From: Eledone cirrhosa
Taxonomy: Eukaryota
Direction of reading: 5' to 3'
Assembly (NCBI GenBank): GCA_964016885.1
Contig: OZ024745.1
Location: forward strand, 58,032,001-58,096,000
Length of the DNA: 64,000 nucleotides
Shown here: piece after piece, positions 1-9,833 of the stretch
How the letters are laid out: each line of letters opens with the position of its first letter
How positions within the stretch are numbered: position 1 is the stretch's first letter
Notes under the pieces: generated by a model
The model's database searches: none
Told to the model about the DNA's origin: nothing
What the model saw: only the letters and a program-made list of their open reading frames with translations
Translations under genes and position numbers: made by a program

Positions 1-2625
1 CGGTTGTCCGGTGAGGAATACGTAGAGGTGCCGTAGCCTTAATGCGTGTTTACGCATCATTAGCCACGGCATCCCCAGCCCTCCTTTCGAAGGGTGTTGA
101 CAGCAGATGGATCTCCTCACCATAGGAGCCCGCCCCTTCCAAAGGAATTGGAAGAGCGCGCGCTCCATCTTGGTGAGGGTTTCCCTTGGGCAGGGCACTA
201 CGGTCAGGCGGTAGTAGATGACGGACGCTATATAAGTGTTCGCCACCTCCGCCCGACCTTTCAGGGATAGTTTGCAACTGGCCCACTTCTGGGTCAGTGC
301 AAACACCCTGTTCGTAACCTCCGCCCAGTTTTTCTCCACCTGGAGGTCCGGTCCGAACCAGACCCCGAGCAACTTCACCGGGCCCTCCGTCCAGCGTCCG
401 ACGACGCCATCGGAGGGCATCGGTCTGCCCCTCCACGTGCCGAGTTGCAAACCGATCGACTTGTCCCGGTTCAGCTTAGCCCCTGTGAACTTTTCGTACT
501 CCTCCAGTAAGTTGCCGACCGCCTCGATTTCGGAGGCCGTCGACACCATTACTGTCACATCATCGGCGTAGGCCGACACCGCTTTCCGCAATCCCGGTTC
601 CAAAGGGATGCCCTGCAACAACTCCAACTTCCGCAGTAGTGGCTCGAGAGTCAACACATACAGAAGGGAGGAGAGAGGGCACCCTTGTCGGATGGACCGC
701 GCGATTTTGAACGGCTCCGAGAGGTAGCCGTTCACCTTGACCCTAGAGCAGATGCGGCTGCTGTGCATAGCAGTGATCCAGCCCCTGAAAACGGGTCCGA
801 AGCCTGCCGCCGCTAGCACCGCATTCAGGTAACCATGGTCGACCCTATCGAACGCCTTAGATTGATCCAAGTTGATCAGAGCCCCACCAAAGCCGGGTTC
901 GTTCCCAACCCTCTCTATGATGTATCGCATGAGGTGGAGGTTGTCATGGATGGACCTGGACGGGATAGCGCATGTCTGCGCATCTCCCACCAGGTTGCCC
1001 ACGACAAGCGCCAACCTCTTTGCTAGCACCTTGGCCAAAATCTGTAACTCTGTATTTAGCAGAGTTATGGGCCTGAAGTTACTTATTTCGTCCCCCTTGT
1101 TCTCGTCCTTCCTCACTAGCGTGACTACGCCCTTGGTCACAGTACAGGGAATTCTCCCGTTCTGTTGCCAGTTGCAGTAGACCGCCTCGAGGAGATCGGG
1201 GAACAAGTCCGGCATAGCTAGATATAATTCGTAAGGAAGACCATCGAGACCCGGGGATTTGCGTTTGCCGCATTGGCCCAGCACGTCCTCTATCTCAGCG
1301 GCCGAAATCGGCTCCTCGCAAGACTTCGCCTCCCTGTCCGAGAGGCGCGGCAGGCCGTCGAGGTATGGACCGAAGTCCACGTTTCCAACCGGCTCCCCGC
1401 CCCTCCCGAACAGTCGGGCAAAGTGCCTTTGAAAGGCCTCACACATCTGCTTAGGCTCAAGAATCGCCCGTCCATCCAGGTCTCGCAAAGACCGGATGGT
1501 GGATTTAGTTCCACTGTTGGCCTCTGTCACGCGGGCCCAGCTAACAGCTTTGGCCCCCTCGTTCCCTAGAGCACGTATTTTACTTCGGACAACGCAGCCT
1601 TCGTGCTTCGCGTCGAAAAACTGGCTCAAAGCCGTTCTCGACGCTAGCACTCTGGCCACGTCGCCGCTTCTAATTGCCTCTTCTACTCTATCTATTAGCT
1701 CCCTTTCCTTCCTATTCCTATCCGCAGCTAGAACCTTACTAAATTCAATCGAGACTACTCTAATCTCTCTCTTTAGAGATACCCACCACCTGCTGTTGAC
1801 GATCGCTCCAGTCAACCGTTCCTTAACTAACGTACTAATCCGATTCCTGTAGGCTCTACTTGCCGGCAAGGACAAGTTGAGCTTCCAGTAACCGGGGCCC
1901 TGTCTATGCGTTCTATCAAGGTTGACCATGCAGGTCACCAACTTGTGGTCTGAATAGCCAACCATGAGCATTTCTGGACAACTTAAAAAGTCCCTGTCCT
2001 TATTTCTAACTAAAAATCTGTCTAGGTACGATCTAGATGATCCGCTGCGATTTGACCAAGACCAGGTTGGCACCGTCGGAAAATCTAGTCGAAATCTATC
2101 GGCCAGGTCAAATCGGCCGAGTAACCCCTTGAGGCTGTTGCACCCCTCTCTATCGGGACATGCCCCTGCATAGTCCCAACGTGCATCCAGGATACCATTC
2201 CAATCCCCCACTAAAAGCAGGGAACGGGACGTCCCTAGAAAAGACTCCAGACGCTGGAAAAAGTCGGGCCGCTCTGTCCCAAAAGGGGCATATGCGGCTA
2301 TCAGCCTAAGGGCTCTACCTTCACCACTGCCAAGGTCCAGCACCACCAGTCGACCCCCTGGGTCCAAGTGAACTATCTGTGTTGCAAGGCCCATATGTTT
2401 TTGCAGCAGAACGACAACCCCACCCCCACCTCCGGGCTGACAGAGAGATGCGTGCATCTCAAAGTCGTCAAAGGTGGGGGCTAGCTGTCGCATGCTGCTG
2501 ATCCGGGCCTCGCAGATAACCATCACATTTATAGATTGTGACCTGAGGTCATTTAGAAGCATTGCTTGCTTCCAAGACGAGCCCAGGCCACGCGCATTTA
2601 GACACCCTACTCTTAGCACAGCCAT
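1..2625 (-). CDS. ORF2 (APE endonuclease + reverse transcriptase), partial, runs off the window start
   Basis: Same sequence as ORF2 of A2. ATG (MAVLRVGCLNARGL) at 2625; GDWN and SDHK endonuclease motifs; QGCPLS and YADD RT motifs. Confidence 0.92.
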   Translation of the reverse strand, partial: MAVLRVGCLNARGLGSSWKQAMLLNDLRSQSINVMVICEARISSMRQLAPTFDDFEMHASLCQPGGGGGVVVLLQKHMGLATQIVHLDPGGRLVVLDLGSGEGRALRLIAAYAPFGTERPDFFQRLESFLGTSRSLLLVGDWNGILDARWDYAGACPDREGCNSLKGLLGRFDLADRFRLDFPTVPTWSWSNRSGSSRSYLDRFLVRNKDRDFLSCPEMLMVGYSDHKLVTCMVNLDRTHRQGPGYWKLNLSLPASRAYRNRISTLVKERLTGAIVNSRWWVSLKREIRVVSIEFSKVLAADRNRKERELIDRVEEAIRSGDVARVLASRTALSQFFDAKHEGCVVRSKIRALGNEGAKAVSWARVTEANSGTKSTIRSLRDLDGRAILEPKQMCEAFQRHFARLFGRGGEPVGNVDFGPYLDGLPRLSDREAKSCEEPISAAEIEDVLGQCGKRKSPGLDGLPYELYLAMPDLFPDLLEAVYCNWQQNGRIPCTVTKGVVTLVRKDENKGDEISNFRPITLLNTELQILAKVLAKRLALVVGNLVGDAQTCAIPSRSIHDNLHLMRYIIERVGNEPGFGGALINLDQSKAFDRVDHGYLNAVLAAAGFGPVFRGWITAMHSSRICSRVKVNGYLSEPFKIARSIRQGCPLSSLLYVLTLEPLLRKLELLQGIPLEPGLRKAVSAYADDVTVMVSTASEIEAVGNLLEEYEKFTGAKLNRDKSIGLQLGTWRGRPMPSDGVVGRWTEGPVKLLGVWFGPDLQVEKNWAEVTNRVFALTQKWASCKLSLKGRAEVANTYIASVIYYRLTVVPCPRETLTKMERALFQFLWKGRAPMVRRSICCQHPSKGGLGMPWLMMRKHALRLRHLYVFLTGQP

Positions 2626-2649
2626 GTTGGTGGTAAAGAGAAAAGGCAC

Positions 2650-4298
2650 TTACCTCTCTGCGTCCCGGGAAACGGGCCGCTCAATTTCCATGCTGGTTGG
2701 GGATGGGTTGTTGGGTGGGGTGGTGGTTTGTGGAAGTGAAGGGGCATCGGTGTGTTGTGGGGTTGGGGTGTTTGTCGTTGAGTGGGTGTCTGGGTGGGGT
2801 GGGGGGGTGAAATTTTTTAGGAGGACGCGGTTGATTGGTTTGGCGCAGGGGGGGCCCACGTCCTCCGTGAAATTTATTTTCAGTGTTTTGTACAAGTGCA
2901 TTGGGACTTTTATCATTTTCAAATGAGGTAGTCCCACAGCAGTTATAAAGTTTGGCCCTTCAGTTTGGACCGAAGGGTTTGCTGAAATTGTTTTCCGTAA
3001 TTCTTTGTTGTCTGTGTTCATGTATGTGTATTGTAAGGTCTTTTTTTGTGTAGCAGTTAGTGTTGTGTGACAGGGAGGGGTGGTTTGTGTGTAGTTTGTG
3101 TTCTCTTGGGGGGGGTTAAAGTTAACATGTGTGTCTGTGGTGCGTCTCCTCTTCTTTCTTTTTACTTGTTGGAAGGGATCTTTTTCGTCTTGCGACGAAA
3201 GAGGTTCGTCTTCCTTGTTGGGTGGGAGGGGTATGTTTTCTGGTAGTGTTTGCGGTGTGCGTGTTTTTGTATTTGTTTTGGGTGGGGAGGGATTGGGTGG
3301 GACAGTATTCTGTGTTATTTTTTCACGTGTTTGTTGTTGTTGTTGTTGTTGTTGTGGTGGTGGTGGTGGGGTTGTTGGTTTTTGTTGTTGTTGTGGTTGT
3401 TTTTGTTGTTGTAGTTGGGGTGGTGTTGGTGTTGGTAGCAGTGTTTTTTTCTGTGTGAGCTGGGGACAGGCAGCCCTCAGGTGACCTCTATTGCCACAGA
3501 GGTAACAGGAGGGACGCCTACCCTCCACAATAATGTTGAGGTGGGTACGGTCATCCAGCATGACGCGCTCAGGGATTTGGGCGATGCGTTCTGGCCTTAT
3601 TTGGGTCAGAACTTCGAGGCTCGTTCCACTGAACGCGTCGCCGGATGCCTTCCCTATTGAGATGAGGTTGTCCTCGTCTAAATTGAGGAAACCGGTTAGT
3701 AACCACCAGTAGTTTATGTTTGGGGTGATGGTGGTTATCCATATCCTCTGGGTTTTTTTACCCATGTAGGTGGGGAAGAAGGTGTAGTGTGTGGACCGAA
3801 TTGGCGACACAGAGTATTTTTTTGCCGCCAATTCGTCTTTCATCAATATGGATAAACTCCCATAGAGTTTATCCTTTTGTATGAAAGTGATGTCTCTCAT
3901 CGCGTCTTTCAAGACTAACTGAGTTTCCGTTTGAGATGGTTGCGCTGGTTTCTTTGTTTTATTTAAAATTGTTCGGAATACGACAGTTCGTAATTCCGTC
4001 TGTCTTTTTAGCTCCGGAGGTGAATGTATAGAAAACGATCCGTTTTCGCCAAAAGACACATATTTCTTGGCTTTTTCCAGCATTTCTTTTGCTTTTGAAA
4101 TATCTTCCAGCACATAAGCGACTGATAATTTAGCCGTTTGTGCAAAAGATATTTTGTTTTCGCTTTGGATATTAGTATTGTTTTGTTTCTCGTCGTTTGC
4201 GTTGTTTTCATCTTTGTTGTTGTTGTTGTCTTTCTCGTTTCGTGTGTGGATACTTGTGACGTTTGTGTTGTTGTTGTTTTTGTTGTCTTTATTGTTGC

Positions 4299-4329
<31 letters not shown>

Positions 4330-4509
4330 GTTGTTTTCAAATTCTTGTGTAGTTGTGGCTACATCTAGTGGTCGGTCAACAGGTGAAGACAATTCTTCCT
4401 CTCTCTGACCTCTGCCTTTGGCATCTGCTGCTGTGACAGTGGCAGGGGGAAGCTGTGAGTATGACTTCCCTTTTCTTTCTTTGATTGATGGTGAAGATGC
4501 TTCAGCCAT
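2650..4509 (-). CDS. ORF1, gag-like nucleic-acid-binding protein with CCHC zinc knuckle
   Basis: 622-aa ORF in track (2650..4518), first ATG at 4509. Knuckle CYLCGNRGHLRAAC = CX2CX4HX4C; flanks are rich in N, Q, P and T. Confidence 0.9.
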
Positions 4510-4728
4510 TTTTCTCAAAATAGGGTTTTTCGAAGTTTTTCGAAAGATAAAATGTTCACAATACTATTTCGCCCAAAGGCGCAGAATATTTTGAGAGACC
4601 GACCAGATCAAAATTTGACCTGGCAGTCCCTCTACAAAATGATACAAAAATGAAAGTTTACAGTTTACAATTTCCGTATGAATTTAAACAAAAACTTACC
4701 GAGCGAGCTCAGCACATGTGTCCATCGT

Positions 4729-4734
4729 AGAGAG

Positions 4735-4791
<57 letters not shown>
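4729..4791. repeat. (GATA)n microsatellite spacer between Tx1 units
   Basis: Direct reading. Confidence 0.97.
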
Positions 4792-7405
4792 TGTTTCTTT
4801 ATTAGCCACAGGGGCAAAAAAGAATGGATCGTGTGATATGGAACGGCTCCGACAGGTAGCCGTTCACCTTGATCCTTGAGCAGATGTTGCTGTTGTGCAT
4901 TGCAGCAATCCAGCCCCTGAACACGGGTCCGGAGCCTGCCGCTTCGAGCACCGCATCCAGGTAACGATGGTCAACCCTATCGAAAGCCTTAGACTGATCC
5001 AAGTTGATCAGGGCCCCACCGAAGCCTGGTTTACACCCTACCCTCTCTATGATGTATCGCATGAGGTGGAGGTTGTCATGTATGGACCTGGTCGGGATTG
5101 CGCATGTCTGCGCTTCTCCCACCAGGTTCTCGACGACAAGCGCCAGCCTCTTTGCCAACACCTTGGCCAAAATCTGTAACTCTGTGTTTAGCTGAGTTAT
5201 GGGCCGGAGGTTGCCTATGTCATCTCCCTTATTCTCGTCCTTCCTGTTCACACATCCAACTCTTATATTGGCCATGTTGGTGCTGAAATTTAAAAGAGGA
5301 AAAGAGATCACTCACCCTTCGCCTCCTGGGGACCAGGCCGCACTATTTCCATGGGGGTGTTGGAGGGGTTGTCTGGATGGGTGGTGGTTTCCGGCGGGGT
5401 GGGGACGCAGATGTTTGGTTGGGTGGGGTCTGGTGGGATGGGGATGTCTGGAGTGGGGAGACATTTGAGAAGGACGCGGTTGAGTGGTTTCACGCAGGAA
5501 TTCCCCACATCCTTCTCAAATGTTTCTTTTAGGGACCTATAAGTTTGTATAGGGACCCTAATCAGTTTTAGGTTCAGTTTTTTGCTATTTTTTATAGAGT
5601 GGGCGAAAGTTTTCCCTTCGGTTTTCACCGAAGGGTCGTTCGTGATGGTCTCCATTAGTGTTTTGTTTTCAGTGCTTATGTAAGTGTAAGTGTAATTTTC
5701 TTGTGTTGTGTTTGTTTTTGTCTGTAGTTCTTGTGTGTGCTTTCGTTTTGTTGTAGGTATTTTGTTTTCAGGAGGTGGGGGTTTTGTTTGTGATATTTTT
5801 GTTGTTTGTGTTGGTGGTTGTATGTTTGTGGTAGTGTTTGCTGGTTTTTTGCTTTTGTGATGTCTTTTCTTTCTTTTCCAGCGATGGGGTTCTCCCTCGT
5901 CTTCACTGGGTGATGGCGAGATAGCCTCATCTGTTGTATCGTCTGTGTGATTGGGGAGGGGTATGTCTTGGGGAGCTGTTGTGTCTGTATGTGATTTTGC
6001 AGTGGTTTTAGGTGGAGTGGGGTTGGGTGGGACTGTGTTTGTTGTGGTTATTTTTGTGTGTTGGTGTTGTTGTTGTGGTGGTGTTGGTGGTTGTGTTGTT
6101 TTGATGGGTGTCGGCAGAAGAGCCTTTTTTTGGAGGACAGGAAGCCCTCAGGTGACCCCTGCTAAAGCAATGGTAACATGAAGGCCGCCTACCCTCAACC
6201 GAAAGGTTTATGTAGGTAAGTCCGTCCAGGAGTACACGCTGTGGGATCATTTGCACTAGAACTTCAATGCTAGTCCCATTGAATACATCTCTGGGGGACT
6301 TTCCTACTGACAGTATTCTGTCTTCATCAAAATTGATGAAGCCGCACAGTATCCACCATATGTTCACCTTTGGTGTGACACTTGTGATTCTGATCTTTTG
6401 TGTCCTTTTTCCCATGTATGTAGGGAAAAGGGTGTACAGGTTGGATACAATTGGCGACACAGAGTAATTTTGTGCCGTCAATTGATCCTTCATCAGTACC
6501 GAAATACTCCCAAAAAGTTTGCTTCTTTGAATGAATGCAATATCATTCATTGAATCTTTGAAAACCAGTTCAATATCTTTCTGTGACAATTGGACTGGTT
6601 TTCTGGTAGAATTGGAAACTGTCCTAAAAACTATCGTTTTGGGAGCAGTTTCCTTGCGAATTTCTACCGGAGAATTGATGCTGAAAGCACCATTTTTTTC
6701 GAAGGTGACATATCTCTTAGCGTCCTTTAAAAGGTGTTCAGCATTTGTTATGTCGAGATATATCAATTGTTCTTTCTTTTGAACTTTCTCCGCAAAGGAG
6801 ATTTTTGGTTTCTTTGTGGAATCCGTATTGGTGGTGTTGTCATTATTGTTGTTATTTTTGTTGTTATTCTTGTTGTCACCGATGTTGGTATCATCCGTAT
6901 TTTCCTTGGTGTTGTTGTTGTCTTTGATGCTGGTGTTATTGGCGTTGTCTTTATTTTTTTCTTTGTTGTTGTTATCATGTTGCTTTTATCATCATTATTG
7001 GTTTTGCTGTTATTTTTGTTGTCATTGAGCTGTTTGGTGTCATTTGTGTTGTTTGGATGTGAATTCGTTTTTTTATTTTCATTTTGTCCTTCCATCTCTA
7101 TAGTATCTAGTGAAGAAGACGTTGTTGACTGCGAGCTTTGTAGTCTTACCGCCTCTCCACCACCATTATCGTTGGACGCAGCGTTCATAATTTAATCAAA
7201 ATTTTACAATATTTTTTCCAAGATTCGATGGAGAAAATTTTTTTAAATGGAAATTCCGCTCCTGAAGGGGCGAAAATGAGTTGACCCACCACCTGAAGGT
7301 CCAGACGGGTGGTCAAGTTACACAATGATGTACAATTTAACTAAAAACTCACGTTTTTTTCTTACATAAATTAACGGAAACTTCTCCGCGAAGTGACACA
7401 CGACT
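4791..7405 (-). mobile_element. Internally deleted non-autonomous Tx1 derivative, family B, copy B1 (~2.6 kb)
   Basis: Keeps the 5' UTR and a frameshifted ORF1 (6763..7188, 6008..6766, 5308..5655). ORF2 start MANIRVGCVN is fused in frame to RKDENKGD...HITRSI, then jumps to the last ~31 nt with AATAAA. Confidence 0.9.
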
Positions 7406-7429
7406 GATAGAGAGATAGATAGATAGATA
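7406..7429. repeat. (GATA)n spacer
   Basis: Direct reading. Confidence 0.9.
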
Positions 7430-9566
7430 TATTTCTTTATTAGCCACAGGGGCACAAAAGAAGGGGACAAATACAAAGGGGGAAGTTTACATACAATAAA
7501 AACGTGTAAAATGTTATCACAGATGGAATTTAAAAGTTAGTCGATTTTCCCCAATAGAGGGAGACAGTTTATATGGGTAACACAGACCCCCGAAAAAAAT
7601 GTGCAACCCTCATCTCCAGGAGTACGAAGAGCTTGTACTCCTTTCCTCTCCTCCTCCTTTTCCTCAACCTACAGGCTGATATAGAGAGAAGGCCCATTCA
7701 CTCGGGCCATTCTCGCCACTTTCACCCACCTTTCATAAAACTTGCTGGGGTACAGCACCTCTCTCTCCATCCTGATTCTTCTTCCAAAGTGGTATTTGAA
7801 AAAAAGAATCAGTTGTTGGCCGGAGAGAAAGGTGTCTGACCTCAGCCCTTTCAACCTTGTCCACCATACAACCTCTTTCGCCATAGCTATCACACAAAGG
7901 AAAACCGCCTCTCCTTCGTTTTTGAAGGAGGGTGGCGGTTTGATCATGACAATGGACTCGGTGGTCAACTGGATTGGTCCCACCCGCGACAATAGTCGTT
8001 CCACATAGCCCCACAGGTCAGTGACGCCCGGGCAGTGTATGAATGCGTGCGCGACGGTTTCTTCGTCTCGCACGCACCTCGGGCAGATCTTTTTTGCAGG
8101 GTCCCTGCCCGGGCGCCCATGTCTGTAGAGCTTGTCTCGAACTGGTAGAGCTCCTCGGTAGCACTGCCAGGCCAGGGACTTTTGGAAGTTGTCCATCGGT
8201 CCCGGGCGGAAGGTCCTACCGAACAGACTGGCCAGTTCATCTTCCTCCACGCCTAGAGTTTCACCGAGCGCGTCGTCGCACTTGCTGCGGACCAACCCTC
8301 TATAGAATGACGAAGTGGAGTCTCCACTGATCGCCGGGTCCGCCTGCCAGAGGGCTGTGAGCGCCTGAGCACATTCGATGTGCCAGTCGCCCATTTTCCT
8401 CGGTCTCTGCTTGACCCAGGACTGCAGCTCGGTCAGCGAGACGAGTCGTGGGAAGGCTCGCCTCACGAACGGGGCCCACACCGGTTGTCCGGTGAGGAAT
8501 ACGTAGAGATGCCGCAGCCTGAGCGCGTGTTTGCGCATCGTCAACCACGGCATCCCCAGCCCTCCGTTAGAAGGGTGTTGGCAGCAGATGGATCTTCTTA
8601 CCAAAGGAGCCCGCCTCTTCCAAAGGAATCGGAAGAGGGCGCGCTCCATTTTGGCGAGCGTTTTGGCTGGACAAGGCACGACGGTCAAGCGGTAGTAGAT
8701 GGCGGACGCTATAAAAGTGTTCGCCACCTCCGCTCGACCTTTCAAGGATAGTTTGCACTCGGCCCACTTCTGGGTGAGTGCAAACACCTTGGCCGTCACT
8801 TCGTTCCAGTTCTTCTCCACCTGGAGGTCCGGACCAAACCAGACCCCGAGCAGCTTTACCGGTCCTTCCGTCCAGCGTCCGACGACGCCATCGGAAGGCA
8901 TCGGTCTGCCTCTCCACGATCCGAGTTGCAAACCGATGGACTTGTCCCGGTTCAGCTTCGCTCCTGTGAGACTTTCGTATTCCTTTAGTAAGGTGCCGAC
9001 TTCCTCGATTTGCGAGGCGCTCGACACCATTACTGTCACGTCGTCGGCGTAGGCCGACGCCGCTTTCCGCAGTCCCGGTTCCAGAGGGATGCCCTGCAAT
9101 AGCTCCAGCTTCCGCAGTAGTGGCTCGAGAGTCAGTACGTACAGAAGGGAGGAGAGAGGGCATCCCTGTCGAATGGATCGCGTAATATGGAACGGCTCCG
9201 AGAGGTAACCGTTCACCTTGACCCTTGAGCAGATGTTGCTGTTGTGCATTGCAGCAATCCAGCCCCTGAACACGGGTCCGAAGCCTGCCGCCTCGAGCAC
9301 CGCATCCAGGTAACGATGGTCAACCCTATCGAAAGCCTTAGACTGATCCAAGTTGATCAGGGCCCCACCGAAGCCGGGTTTACACCCTACCCTCTCTATG
9401 ATGTATCGCATGAGGTGGAGGTTGTCGTGTATGGACCTGGTCGGGATCGCGCATGTCTGCGCTTCTCCCACCAGGTTCTCGACGACAAGCGCCAGCCTCT
9501 TTGCCAACACCTTGGCCAAAATCTGTAACTCTGTGTTTAGCAGAGTTATGGGCCGGAAGTTGCCTA
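7430..9566 (-). mobile_element. 5'-truncated Tx1-like element (copy C, undeleted 3' half of family B)
   Basis: RT segment VVENLVGEAQTCAIPTRSIHDNL...GCKPGFGG and 3' terminus match the B derivative. Full 3' UTR present. Confidence 0.9.
7669..9564 (-). pseudogene. 5'-truncated ORF2 (RT + C-terminal CCHC finger), open frame without a start
   Basis: QGCPLS, YADD, CPRC...HAFIHC; frame open from GNFRPIT at 9564. Confidence 0.88.
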
Positions 9567-9833
9567 GATAAGTTTCTTTTATTTGCCACTAGGGCATCAA
9601 AAGTGGGACAAGTACAAAGGGGGGAGTTTACACAAAAAGGCGTCCTCAATAAGGAGGAGGCAATAACAAAATATAAAAATAAAATAAGATATAACAAAAA
9701 TAAAATTTTTAACAAAATCCTCAATAGAGAGGAGGCGCCTTGGGGGGTCGCACACACCCCCGAAAAAAGTGTGCAACCCTTTTCCTCAGGAGCACAGAGA
9801 GGGGGTGCTCCCTCGTTCCTTCCTCTTTTCCAC

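Larger units (their letters stand above)
1..4728 (-). mobile_element. L1/Tx1-clade non-LTR retrotransposon, family A, copy A1 (3' end lies outside the window)
   Basis: Near-identical to 10647-15374 (offset 10646). Has a gag-like ORF1, an APE-RT ORF2 and a 5' UTR abutting (GATA)n. Confidence 0.93.

Noticed and set aside
7254-7319. Hammerhead or HDV ribozyme call for the 5' UTR hairpins (CTGAAGG..GAAA on the plus strand)
   Set aside because: The CUGANGA core is not matched and lies on the antisense strand, and no nested double pseudoknot could be built by eye. Kept only as an unclassified structure.
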